A stretch of 52,514 bases of DNA from Octopus sinensis (GCF_006345805.1 NW_021833946.1:1-52514), one strand, 5' to 3'; positions 23,632-34,588 are shown, counted from the stretch's first letter. Made by a program: numbers and translations. The notes: generated by a model not told the origin, from the sequence alone.

Positions 23632-23742
23632 TTAATCCCGACAACTGTTTCGACACATCTAGCATCGTTCCCTCACGGCTGGGACATCAACAAGTGGTTC
23701 AGGAGCATCCGGCGGTGCAAATGTGTCTCATCAGGTGATAAA
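23632..23742 (-). ncRNA. Type-I hammerhead-like ribozyme with canonical core and extended helix II
   Basis: Minus strand: uuuaucac CUGAUGA GACACAU [62 nt] AUGUGUC GAAA CAGUUG UC gggauuaa. 7-bp helix II, near-palindromic helix III, GUC triplet, helix I 6 of 8 pairs. Confidence 0.75.
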
Positions 23743-23909
23743 TAGACACAACTCGTTAAAATAACAGTTCCATAATGTAAGTTCTCGTTTCCTAGAAAGA
23801 AAAACAGCAAAACAAAGGAAATATTTTCATTTATACAGAAGATCAAAATAAAATCACAAATGTAACAAAAGAAACGAACACACAATACAGCGAGAAAAGT
23901 ATTAATATA

Positions 23910-23986
<77 letters not shown>

Positions 23987-24120
23987 TGTATATAGAAAAT
24001 AGTAAAGAGTGAAAAAACGACAGAAGGCTTAAATGTTAAAAAATATATATATTTGCGTCAAAATGTCTGAAGAATATTAGAAAATTTAAAAAAAAAATTT
24101 TTTTCCTTTAAATGACATAA

Positions 24121-24159
24121 AAGAAAGACCGGTTTCGCGTGTAGCTTTTCAAATTTCTT
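24121..24159 (-). ncRNA. Hammerhead-like motif (U3-A8) in the inverted pLTR copy
   Basis: Reverse complement is identical to 25630-25668. Confidence 0.6.
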
Positions 24160-24569
24160 GTGACGTTATGTTTATGTTGAATAGAGTTATCGTTGTGTTT
24201 ATGTTCCGGAGAGTTCTAAATAAGGGGAGGTAGTGGTGATTTCTTCTCCGTGTAAGGGAGATAATCGCTTAAATTTTTTTTCCTTTCCCTTAATGTGAAT
24301 TTCTCTGTATCAGTATGTTCGGATGGTTGAGTCTGGGCTTGTATTTTTCAATGAAGAATGTTTCCTTGTTTAGTCTAATTTGTGTTGATGATCCGAAAGC
24401 ACATTGGTAAAATGGAAAATTAAAATCGTGGTAGTAGTTGCTTTGCGCCATTTCTCAATGTGCTCACTAAAAGGTATCATTCTATATTCTGGGAATGCAA
24501 TCTGTTGTCGATGCAGTGTGCATCTACGTCTGAGTGATAGTCCCGTGGATATACTAATTAAAAAAATTA

Positions 24570-25498
24570 ACCTTAAAATAGAAACACATTTTTTACAAAG
24601 CCACAGACACCAAACAATACCTTCTTTTTAATTCATGCCACCCAAGACGCACTAAAACAAACATCCCCTTCAACCTTGCAAGAAGGATATGCACAATAGT
24701 GTCAGAACAAAATACCAGGAACTTTAGACTGCAAGAACTCAAAAACACCCTAATTGACAGACATTACCCAGCTCAACTCATAGAGGATGGGATCAGACGT
24801 GCAACAGAAATCAACATAGAAACTTTAAGAAAAGTTCAACACAACAACAGACCTTCCCCGAAATACTACCTTACATATCTACATACAACCCCAGAAACAA
24901 AGAAGCCTTCACCATCATCACCCAGAATTTACCAATACTTCATAAAAACCCCAAATTAAAGGAAATTCTAAACATACACCAAATCATTAAAAGCTACAAA
25001 CCGCCTAAATCACTTTAAAAGATTCTCACAAAGGCAAAATTGTCTTCTGAAATTACGGATGCAATAGTAAAAAAATGTGGTAGATCGAACTGTGCAACAT
25101 GTCCCAACCTGCTAGAAGGATCAGAATTCCTCTTTAAAGAGGGACAGAAATTCAAGATCAAATCTAACTTTACTTGTGCCTCTGAAAACATAATTTATGT
25201 CATAAAATGCTCGAGCTGCCACAAAGACTACGTGGGTTCCACGGGACTATCACTCAGACGTAGATGCACACTGCATCGACAACAGATTGCATTCCCAGAA
25301 TATAGAATGATACCTTTTAGTGAGCACATTGAGAAATGCGCAAAGCAACTACTACCACGATTTTTAATCTTTCCATTTTACCAATGTGCTTTCGGATCAT
25401 CAACACAAATTAGACTAAACAAGGAAACATTCTTCATTGAAAAGTACAAGCCCAGACTCAACCATCCGAACATACTGATACAGAGAAATTCACATTAA
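24570..25498 (+). pseudogene. PLE RT thumb plus GIY-YIG endonuclease C-terminal fragment (frameshifts and a stop)
   Basis: TDTKQYLLFNSCHPRRTKTNIPFNLARRICTIVSE..YP..KCGRSNCATC..FTCASENIIYVIKCSSCHKDYVGSTGLSLRRRCTLH..ETFFIEKYKPRLN. Confidence 0.92.
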
Positions 25499-25629
25499 GG
25501 GAAAGGAAAAAAATTTTTAAGCGATTATCTCCCTTACACCGGAAGAAATCACCCACTACCTCCCCTTATTTAGAACTCTCCTGAACATAAACACAACGAT
25601 AACTCTATTCAACATAAACATAACGTCAC

Positions 25630-25668
25630 AAGAAATTTGAAAAGCTACACGCGAAACCGGTCTTTCTT
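25630..25668 (+). ncRNA. Minimal type-I hammerhead-like motif (U3-A8) in the PLE 3' pLTR
   Basis: AAGAAA u UUGAAAA GC uacac GC GAAA CCGG UC UUUCUU. 6-bp helix I with one extra U before the core, GUC triplet. Confidence 0.6.
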
Positions 25669-25857
25669 TTAATTATGTCATTATAAAGGAAAAAAAAATT
25701 TTTTTAAACATTTTCTAATATTCTTGAGACATATTGACGCAAATATATATATTTTTTAACATTTAAGCCTTCTGTCGTTTTTTCACTCTTTACTATTTTC
25801 TATATATTCACCCACGTGCTTTCACAAACCAACTTTCTTATCTATCTATATATATAT

Positions 25858-26473
25858 ATAACTAATGTAGGATAATATTTTTTTCGAAAAAAAATATAAT
25901 CAATGGCCAGCATATCAAAAAATACTTTTAAAGGTTAAATTTATAAATAACTTACAAAATAAGGGCAAAAGAAAAATTCTAATGCCAAATATGCCGAAAA
26001 ACGACAAAATTGTCAATAACCATTATAATTTATGCGTCTCGAAAGAAACCGATAAAAATTTCTAAAAAATTCCGTTATTACCGTATTGGACCGATTTCGG
26101 AGTTAATTCATAAGAATTTTCTCCTCTTCAGCGGCAAATACGTGAGATATAAGTGAAATACTTACTCATACCCATGGAAAAAGCAAGCACTAAGTCCTGA
26201 GCAGACCTAAGTACCCCAAATATATCCAAAATAGAAAATCTTCAGCACATCTCGAGACATGTGTGATTCGATCTAGAAACTTTCACAGAGTGAGGGAATC
26301 TGGAAGTAAACACTATTAAATTTATAACTAATGTAGGATAAAATTTCGTTCGAAAAAAATTTTATCAATGGCCAGCATATCGAAAAATACCTTTAAATGT
26401 TAAATTTATAAATAACTTACAAAATAAGGGCAAAAGAAATTCTAGAATTTTTCTTTTGCCCTTATTTTGTAAG
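25858..26473. mobile_element. Non-autonomous pLTR-like element: ~120-bp direct repeats plus a short terminal inverted segment, between (TA)n tracts
   Basis: ataactaatgtaggata...aagggcaaaag occurs at ~25858-25980 and ~26324-26443. 26416-26473 forms a loopless palindrome. Confidence 0.65.
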
Positions 26474-26499
26474 GTGTATATATATATATATATATATAT

Positions 26500-27150
26500 A
26501 CACTCTTGACACCTGCGGGATTAACAAGGCTCCATGTTAACCTGCAAGTTAACATTGATTTCATGTCGCGAGAAATGTCTTGCAAACAACCTACACATCC
26601 AAGTGCTACCAGTAGTCGAGAACTCCGCATACCAGAAGCTAGCAAGTGTATGGCGTCATCAGGAGAGAATTCGCGCCGTTTCAGGGCCTCCCTCTCGGCG
26701 GCATCAATGTGCACTGATGTGAGGCCCCGCTTGCTAGATCAACTGGTTATTAAATAAAGCTCAATATTTCTCTAGTCATCGCTCATCGTCTCTTTTTAAC
26801 CAAACCTAGCCTTCTCCGCTGTAGTTTGGATATCGGTCATGGTGGTATTTACCTTACGATGCGTTAGGCCTAACGATAACAGCAGTCGTCTCACACTGTG
26901 TCCAACAAACCCTCGATTGGAAAATGCTCCGATTTCCAGTCTGCGTCTTCAACTTCTTCGAAGAGGTTTACTTAACGGCTAATCTTTCGATCCCGAGCGG
27001 CGTCCATGTTATCTTCATGGGGAACCGTTAACTCGACGAGATTTACAACTTCCTTTCCTTCACACCACATTAAAATGTCCGACTTTTTTCGTAACTGGGG
27101 GGGGGGGAGAATCCCTCTCAACAATTGTCAAGTCTGCCACATAGGAACGT
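26500..27150 (-). mobile_element. Hero-like (R2 superfamily) non-LTR retrotransposon 3' end: degraded RLE domain plus ~280-bp 3' UTR
   Basis: Minus strand: KSDILMWCEGKEVVNLVELTVPHEDNMDAARDRKISR*..ADWKSEHFPIE / FVGHSVRRLLLSLGL..IQTTAEKA / WLKRDDER* (stop at 26776-26778). Matches the PD..ELTVPWE..K..W..PIEVGCRGF..AE.AS.WIW pattern. Confidence 0.8.
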
Positions 27151-27258
27151 TGGTAGCCTTTTTAAGCCAGAAATCAAGAATATTTTATCCATCAATTCAG
27201 TGTTGAGTTCTCATTTCTCACTGCTCGATATTAGTTCGGTATCCGTACGCATACCTAC

Positions 27259-27298
<40 letters not shown>

Positions 27299-27549
27299 GT
27301 GTGTGTGTGTATGTGTGTGTGTGTGTTTGTGTGTGTGTATGTGTGTGTGTATGTGTGTGTGTATGTGTGTGTGTGTATGTGTGTGTGTGTGTATGTGTGT
27401 GTGTATGTGTGTGTGTGTGTTTGTGTGTGTGTATGTGTGCGCGCGCGTTTATTCGTGTGTGTGTGTTTGTGTGTGTGTATGTGTGTGTATGTGTGTGTGT
27501 GTGCGTTTATTCGTGTGTGTGTGTGTGTGTGTGCGCGCGTTTATTCGTG

Positions 27550-27690
27550 TGTCTGTGTTTGTCCGCTCACCGTCACTTGACAACCGATGTAAGTACGAGG
27601 CTTACAAAGAATAAGTCCTGGGGTTGATTGGTTCGACTAAAAGCGGTGCCCCAGCATGGTCGTAGTCAAATGACTGAAACAAGTAAGAGA
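27550..27690 (+). mobile_element. SINE family A, 3' half with internal deletion
   Basis: cttgacaaccgatg..taagtacgaggcttacaaagaataagtcctgggg..ggtgccccagcatggtcgtagtcaaatgactgaaacaagtaagag. Confidence 0.8.
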
Positions 27691-27894
27691 ATGTACCTTT
27701 AGCAGAAGCAACCGAGTGACTCGGGCGCTGAGAGTATCGTGCTTTGGCACTTGTCAGACATTGGTAAGTGCTGATGCACGAAACCCTCCTTTAGTCCCTT
27801 TGTCGCTTCTGCTAAATATTAGTAAAAAAATACATACAGACAGACTGTTTTTCTAGTTTCCTGTTTCTATCACCAAAGCCACACACACATACAC

Positions 27895-27971
27895 ATGTGT
27901 GTGTATGTATGTTTGTATGTATGTATGTATGTATGTATGTATGTATGTATGTATGTTGTATGTATGTAATG

Positions 27972-28002
<31 letters not shown>

Positions 28003-28318
28003 GTGTGTATGTATGTATGTATGTATGTATGTATGTTTGTATGTATGTATGTATGTATGTATGTATGTATGTATGTATGTATGTTTGTATGTATGTATGT
28101 ATGTATGTATGTATGTATTATGTATGTATGTAAGTGTGTATGTATGTATGTATGTATGTATTTATGTACGTATGTACGTATGTATGTAAGTGTGTATGTA
28201 TGTATGTATGTATGTTTGTATGTATGTATGTATGTATGTATGTATGTATGTATGTATGTATGTTTGTATGTATGTATGTATGTATGTATGTATGTATGTA
28301 TGTTTGTATGTATGTATG

Positions 28319-28349
<31 letters not shown>

Positions 28350-28514
28350 GTGTGTATGTATGTATGTATGTATGTATGTATGTATGTATTTTGTATGTAT
28401 GTATGTACGTATGTATGTAAGTGTGTATGTATGTATGTATGTATGTATGTATGTTTGTATGTATGTATGTATGTATGTATGTATGTTTGTATATATGTAT
28501 GTATGTATGCATGC

Positions 28515-28545
<31 letters not shown>

Positions 28546-28640
28546 TGTATGTATGTATGTATGTATGCATGCATGCATGCATGTATGTATGCATGCATGC
28601 ATGTATCTATGTATGTATGTATGTATGTTTATATGTGTGT
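27895..28640. repeat. ~750-bp (TATG)n microsatellite with recurring variant units
   Basis: Direct reading. The variant aagtgtg recurs at ~28001, 28131, 28188, 28348 and 28419. Confidence 0.98.
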
Positions 28641-28699
28641 ACATTGAGACACACACATACAGATATATATGTTCATGTGGGTATTTGCATGTATATATG

Positions 28700-28732
<33 letters not shown>

Positions 28733-29716
28733 ATGTATACATAAATGAAAATGAATATGCATATATATACATACATACATATATATTAACACACACACAC
28801 ATATATATTTATTTATATTAACTGATATAAACTACAGTTCAACAAACAGTCCGTACGGTTTATTACAGCTATTATATTAAGTTAAATGAAGTCAGGTTAA
28901 ATTCAATTATGTTTCTATTTAACCAACACAAAACACCTGTATTAAACAGAGATAAACAGATAGCATTCCGCCATGCCAAGATATTTATTGAAATTTGCCT
29001 TACGTATGATGGCGTTCTTTTTAATTATAATTATGTGACTGCGTATGGAAATGTGTGTGTGTGTGCCTATGTACACACACAAATATAATTTATATATATA
29101 TATATATATACACGTATAAATATTCATTTACACATATACATATATAAATACACATGTATACATACATATAAATACATGCATGTATGTATTCATGGTTGTG
29201 TATGTATATATATACGTATGTATGTATATGTGTGTGTGTGTGAGCGTTTGTACATGACAGTATGTATGTGTTTACATACACACATTTGTGTATGTAAATG
29301 TATATGTATACATATATAACTACGTGTGTGTGTGTATGTCTGAATAGGTGTATATATACTCTCACCGTACTTAGAGAACCATCTTGTGTAATGAATTAAA
29401 AATTCTGTCCATGCAAACATCGACAGATTTGTGCAAAATATATTTTTATCAGTTTTAAATTTTAAACGACGGATATTATCACGTGATAATCAATTAAGTG
29501 ATGCATTTACCTGAGGTCATGTGGTTCATTTGCTCTTGTTTATATTGTTGTTATTGACCTTATACTTGTAAACACCGACCAGAATATCAACTAGACATCG
29601 TTCTATAACCTTGACAATAAACAAATGAGAATAATCGTTGAAGTCACTACACAGCGTGTGAATTAAATATTATTTCTTTTGCTGCTGATATTGTTATTAA
29701 TAATATTATTATTATT

Positions 29717-30236
29717 GAATGAGAGAGCAGCGCATGCCATCAAAGTGACGCCGGGGTTTAAATATATGAAGCCCAATATACCCATCATGACTACCCATTT
29801 GATAATGGTACACCAGACAGATGCATCACAACCATATGTACCTGATATGGTGATCTCATGAAGATAAACAGCGCCTGACCTAGCAGATGGGGCCCAGTTA
29901 AAATTTTCTTCAGGTTGTATAGCCCATCTTGCTCAAAAGGTCCCTGAAAAAGGTTTGTTTAAGGATGATAAACACGACATCCATGTTTTCAGTGGTGAAT
30001 CATTCAAACCCCAAAGAATCCCTCTCAACACATGGCTATGATGCTCCCCCACTACTTCTGCTCGTGATCAGAGATGCACATATTGTCAGCCACTAAAGGA
30101 CATGGTCAACTGCTTAAGGTCAAACAACTGACAGGCAAATCTGTGGTATTGAGCAGAATATTCGCTGTCACCCATCTTTTATACCAAATCAAAATATGTA
30201 CATGAAAACATTTCCAATCAGTGAAGAGTAGAAGCC
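29717..30236. mobile_element. ~500-bp non-coding interspersed repeat flanked by (ATT)n, copy 1
   Basis: Reverse complement of 45251-45738 (gagagcagcgcatgccatcaaagtgac...ggcccagtta.aattttcttcagg...aaaccccaaagaatccc). No ORF recognised. Confidence 0.85.
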
Positions 30237-30410
30237 GTCTTTACTATCTGAGTTCAAATTCCGCCGAAGTCGATTTTTCCTTTCATCCTTTCGGGGTCGA
30301 TAAATTAAATACCAGTGAAACACCGGGGTCACTGTAATCTACTAGTCCCTTCTCACCAAATTTCAAGCCTTGTGCCTATAGTAGAAAGGATTATTATTAT
30401 TATTATTATT
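30237..30410 (+). mobile_element. SINE family B (headless) with (ATT)n tail
   Basis: gagttcaaattccgccgaagtcg...tttcatcctttcggggtcgataaattaaataccagtgaaacac...tgtgcctatagtagaaaggattattatt. Confidence 0.9.
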
Positions 30411-32147
30411 CAGTAGTTTTATTTTTATAGCGTGCTTTCACTTCACTACCGAGCGCAGCTCTGTGTGCCTTGGGTATGTGCTGTGATTTGTTGTGATGCT
30501 CTGATGGTTATTGTATGGAAAGTGTTCTGCGTAGGATGTGTGCAGTGCCTAGTAGTGCAATTTTATGTATGTTATATGTGTTTGTAAGTCCTGGTGTTTT
30601 TGTTATGTATTTATCTGAATATTTTTTTATCATGCCTAATGCACCTACTATGATAGGAATTGTTTCTGTTTTCAGATTCCACATTCTAGTTACCTCTATT
30701 TCCAGGTCTTTGTATTTTGAGAGTTTCTCCATTTCTTTTAGAGACACGTTGTCATCTGCCGGTATTGATACATCAATTAGAAAGCATTTTTTTTCTTCAT
30801 GATCTCTGACAACTATATCTGGTCTGTTGGCCTTAATTTCTCTATCTGTGTGTATCGGCATATCCCAGAGTATGGTTGCTTTCTCGTTTTCTGTGACCTT
30901 TTCTGGTGTGTGCCTATACCATCTTTTTTCTGTTGTTATTCCATAATGTTGGCATAGCTTCCAGTGTATGTAGGTTCCAACTCTGTCATGTCTGTGAATA
31001 TATTCCTTCTTAGCCAGGACTGGGCAGCCAGAGATAATATGATTTATTGTTTCTTGTCCATCTCCACATATTCTGCAGTTACTTGTTATAGTTCTTTTCA
31101 CTACATGTTTTTGGTAATTTCTGGTGGGGAGGCTTTGGTCTTGTGCTGCAATTAAAAATCCCTCTGTCTCTGCTTTGAGTCCTGAGCTTCTCAACCATTG
31201 CTGGGATTTTTCTTTGTCTATTTCTTTTGCGTTTAGTTTAGTCCAGTATTTACCATGAAGGGGCTTTTCTTGCCATCGTTTTATCATGGTTCGTTGCTGT
31301 TCTATTTTTAGTTTGGATTTCATTTGTTTTATAGCTTTTGTTGTTTCTTCATCATCTTCTTCTTCTTCTTCGTGTTTATTAGGTGGTATGATTTCTTGTT
31401 TGTATTTGTCAGCTTCCTTAAATACTGAGAACAGTTTTTTGTTTTGCTCGTGTTTTGCTGCTATCTGGATCAGTTTTCCTTCCTTCTGAAGTAGGTATTT
31501 TTGCAGTCCTATGGTGGTTATTTTATAGTAGTTTTCCAGCTGTATAAGGCCTCTACCACCTTCTATACGTTGTATATATAGTCTTTCTATGTCAGATTTT
31601 GGGTGATGCATCCTAGATCCTGTCAGTATTTTTCTTGTTTTCCTATCTATTTTGGACAGTTCATTTCGTGTCCAGTTAAGGATATTGTAGCTGTAACTTA
31701 TAACTGGGACAGCTAAAGTGTTGATACCTATTATCTTGTTTTTTAGCATGAGCTCTGTTTTTAGTATTGATCTAACTCGTCTATAATATTCTTTTTTTAT
31801 TTTCTCTTTCATTTGTGTGTGTTGTGTCTTATCTAGTTCATGGATTCCTAAGTATTTGTAAGTTTGGCTTTGGTCTAATTCTTTTATTTCATTGGTTTTA
31901 TCTAGTGTGATGTTGTTACTCTTAACTAGTTTTCCTCTTTTCATGGTTACTTTGGCGCATTTTTCTAATCCAAATTTCATATCTATTTCTTTGGTAAATC
32001 CATGAACTGTCTTTAATAGTGTTTCCAGCTGTTTGTCATTTGCAGCGTATAGTTTTAGGTCATCCATATATAAAAGGTGGCTGATCGTTTTGCCGTAACA
32101 TTTATATCCGCATCCAGTTCTATTTAGCATATCAGATAGAGGTGACA

Positions 32148-32148
<1 letters not shown>
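30411..32148 (-). mobile_element. R4/Dong-like non-LTR retrotransposon, 5'-truncated, inserted in (AAT)n
   Basis: ~97-bp 3' UTR with aataaa, then (AAT)n. The 5' junction falls inside RT (LSPLSDMLNRTGCGY) directly against (AAT)n. Confidence 0.95.
30508..32148 (-). CDS. C-terminal half of an R4-clade ORF: RT (YMDD), thumb, CCHC knuckle and restriction-like endonuclease; uninterrupted but with no native start
   Basis: HLLYMDDLKLY, YKYLG, GGRGL, CRICGDGQETINHIISGC..RHD, RPDIVV..IDVSIP..KYKDL..GALG..LLGTAHILRRTL. Over 540 codons with no stop. Confidence 0.93.
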
Positions 32149-32197
<49 letters not shown>

Positions 32198-32479
32198 CGC
32201 TGTTGTTGTTGTTGTTATTAAGGCGACGAGCCGGCAGACTCGTTACCTCGCAGATAAAAATAATTCGCTGTATTTCTTCCGGTTGACATTGCTTTCCATC
32301 CTTTCGGGATCGATAAAATAAAATACTAGTCATGTATTGGAGGTCGATTTAATACTAAAGTAATGATTCATGCTCAACAGAAGGTTCTTACATAAACCTT
32401 TCATGTAAACTTTGCGAATCACTTGAAACGCGTTCGCCGACAATGCAACACCTATTCCTGTCACGGTATCTCTTTGCCT

Positions 32480-32925
32480 AAAGCGTCTACTGAACATCTT
32501 CCAATTCAATAGAAACTCTACCATGTACTTTACAAGAGAAAGCATTGGACCATAACTTAGTCCAATGCTTTCATCAGCATATTCAAATTACACGACTATG
32601 TATACCAGGTTAACCTGTTGCCACCCACTTCCCCACAATGGACCATTCCGTCATTAGTGTGGGGATATCCCTGCACATTACACTCAAAGGAAAGAAGGAG
32701 TAACGTTTTATATACCAAACTCAGAACCATAGCAGTGACATGTTTAAATGAACGTTCTTCCTTCTATTCCTTCCTTCAGTTATCCAATTCTTATTTCAGC
32801 TTCCTTATCACTGCAATTTGTCCCTCCCTCTCACCGCCACCCATTTCTCTTCTTCTTTTCCTTACTCTTTCCTTTCCTCTCTTTTTTTATCCAATATCTC
32901 TATCCTACTACTTTCTGTCTTCGTA
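32480..32925 (+). pseudogene. Heavily degraded PLE GIY-YIG C-terminus plus pyrimidine-rich 3' region
   Basis: Mixed frames give LVQCFHQHIQITRLCIPG*PVATHF..HS and LRTIAVTCLNERSSF, similar to the PLE consensus RF.EH..PVA.HF..HS..LGTL.P.GLNERFSF. Confidence 0.55.
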
Positions 32926-32929
32926 TGTT

Positions 32930-33546
32930 CTTTCAGTTCACGACACGCATTCAGCCGTGACTGCTTTTGATCTTCCGCGAGCAAACGAGGCACAAGTTTT
33001 GCTGCGACTCTTTTCATTCACAATTCCTCACTCAAAATTCGTTGGTAGGGGCTCCAGGACAGACCAATCATATCAACAAGTTCATCAATTGTTCGGTGAT
33101 GGTCCTCCAAGATCAATTCATGAATTTTCATGATGTTTTTACTCTTTCGGGAGGTCGACGGTCGCCCTGAACGAGGATAGTCTTCAAGCGAAGAGGGACC
33201 ATTCCTAAATCATGGAAACCACTCGTAAATTCGTGTTTTGCTCATGGCAGCGTTCTTGTAATCTGTTTGAAGCACGTCACCTGTTTCGGCTGCCGTTTTC
33301 CCCAACAGAAAAGAGAATTTCACGGAAGGACGCTCTTCCTTCGTTTCAGCCATCAAAAAAAATCGACGAACAAGGGAGAAGCACTGCAAAAGAAAGACGC
33401 ACTACATGGCAATACGACATCAGACGATGACGCCGCGGCAGGCTGATGCCTGAGGGTTGCATGAAGTGGCTTCCAGCGGGGGAATCCTGAACTACTACGG
33501 GTTTTTCCTATAGAGACCCTTTCGGGTTACTTTTGGGTACCCCTCG
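32930..33546 (-). pseudogene. Mariner N-terminal fragment with 5' TIR, same family as 17384-17868
   Basis: Minus strand cgaggggtacccaaaagtaaccc..MAETKEERPSVKF..MSKTRIYEWF..GRPSTS..EEL*MKRVAAKLVPRLLAEDQKQSRL..ELKE. Confidence 0.85.
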
Positions 33547-34504
33547 TGTACATTGATAGGGTGTTTTCACTTAAGTTTCCTTCATATAAAATAAGGACTA
33601 TTTGCATGTAATGTTACATTAAAAGTTCCTCATAATTCTATAGCTTCGTAAGAGAGTTGGCTGCAGTTCATTTTTGTGGTACTCTGTAATAGGTGAACCA
33701 TCTTTTATTAGTAACACAAACCTTAACTTTGTATTTGTAAAACACACGCTGTTCCTTTTAAAAAATCATTTCTCTTGGGTGAAAACAAAAGGGACATCTT
33801 ATAAACTGCCAAAAATTCGATATATTTGTTTTCGTTCAGAAAATTACTTTGCATGGATTAGTCAAAGTCCACAACGTTCTGATGTTCTCAATTTATATAA
33901 ACCAAAATATTGTCTTCTGGGTTCGTATCACGTGACGAAGAAATCTGCTGAAATTCTCAACCTATTTTCCGACATACAATTTGATGTAAGCGTCTGGTAT
34001 AATCATTCAGACATTGTCACAATCTTTCCAAATTCTGCTGCATTTCACACGGACTCTTGAGTCCTCTACAGTCGTCTTCGTGTATAAGTCGACCTATCTG
34101 TTTTGGTTGTAAACTTTCGGCTTGTACGGGAAGTACGCTAATCCCTTTTCGTATACAATCCAGCCATTTTGAAACAAAAAAGGTTCATTTTTATTGGTAT
34201 ATTTTATCAACGTTCTTACCGGCTCCCTTGTTTTGTGTCCCTCTAATTATACAAATTACAAACAGAACGTTTGGTCTGTTCTTTAACTTAAATAATGGTT
34301 TCAAATTCAAAAGTTAACTCGTTGTAATTCCTAAGATCTTTCGGTTCATTCCTACACAACATTCCGATAATGTGTTATGTCAATAATTACAACACTATTG
34401 TCTCTCTCTTTATTTTATCACGTAAAATAATGTCAAGGTTAATATGCACCGTCTGTTGGGCTGCTTGTCTGTCTGTGTGTCTGTAGGTTCCACAATATTT
34501 TGAT

Positions 34505-34588
34505 ATTACATTCCTCTTAGTACTCATACACCTCTCCTCCCATCCTAAGATGGGAGGAGAGGTGTATGAGTACTAAGAGGAATGTAAT
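34505..34588. repeat. Perfect 40-bp inverted repeat with a 4-nt loop
   Basis: attacattcctcttagtactcatacacctctcctcccatc-ctaa-gatgggaggagaggtgtatgagtactaagaggaatgtaat, zero mismatches. Confidence 0.98.

Larger units (their letters stand above)
23991..25805 (+). mobile_element. Penelope-like element, 5'-truncated, with an inverted copy of its 3' end (fold-back pLTR arrangement)
   Basis: 23991-24549 is the reverse complement of 25239-25805, a few percent diverged. The interior 24550-25498 encodes a PLE RT thumb plus GIY-YIG domain. TA-rich flanks. Confidence 0.93.

Noticed and set aside
26025-26115. Hammerhead-like relics (gtctcgaaagaaaccgata; minus-strand GAAAUCGGUC)
   Set aside because: Each needs multiple substitutions or deletions to fit.
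32538-32579. 13-bp hairpin next to CUGAUGA on the minus strand
   Set aside because: No GAAA follows the helix. It lies inside a decayed GIY-YIG coding remnant.
33674-34317. 128-aa and 86-aa ORFs in non-microsatellite sequence
   Set aside because: No recognisable motif or splice context. tcgtgtataagtcgacc at ~34078 resembles a DNA-transposon terminus, suggesting decayed repeat.
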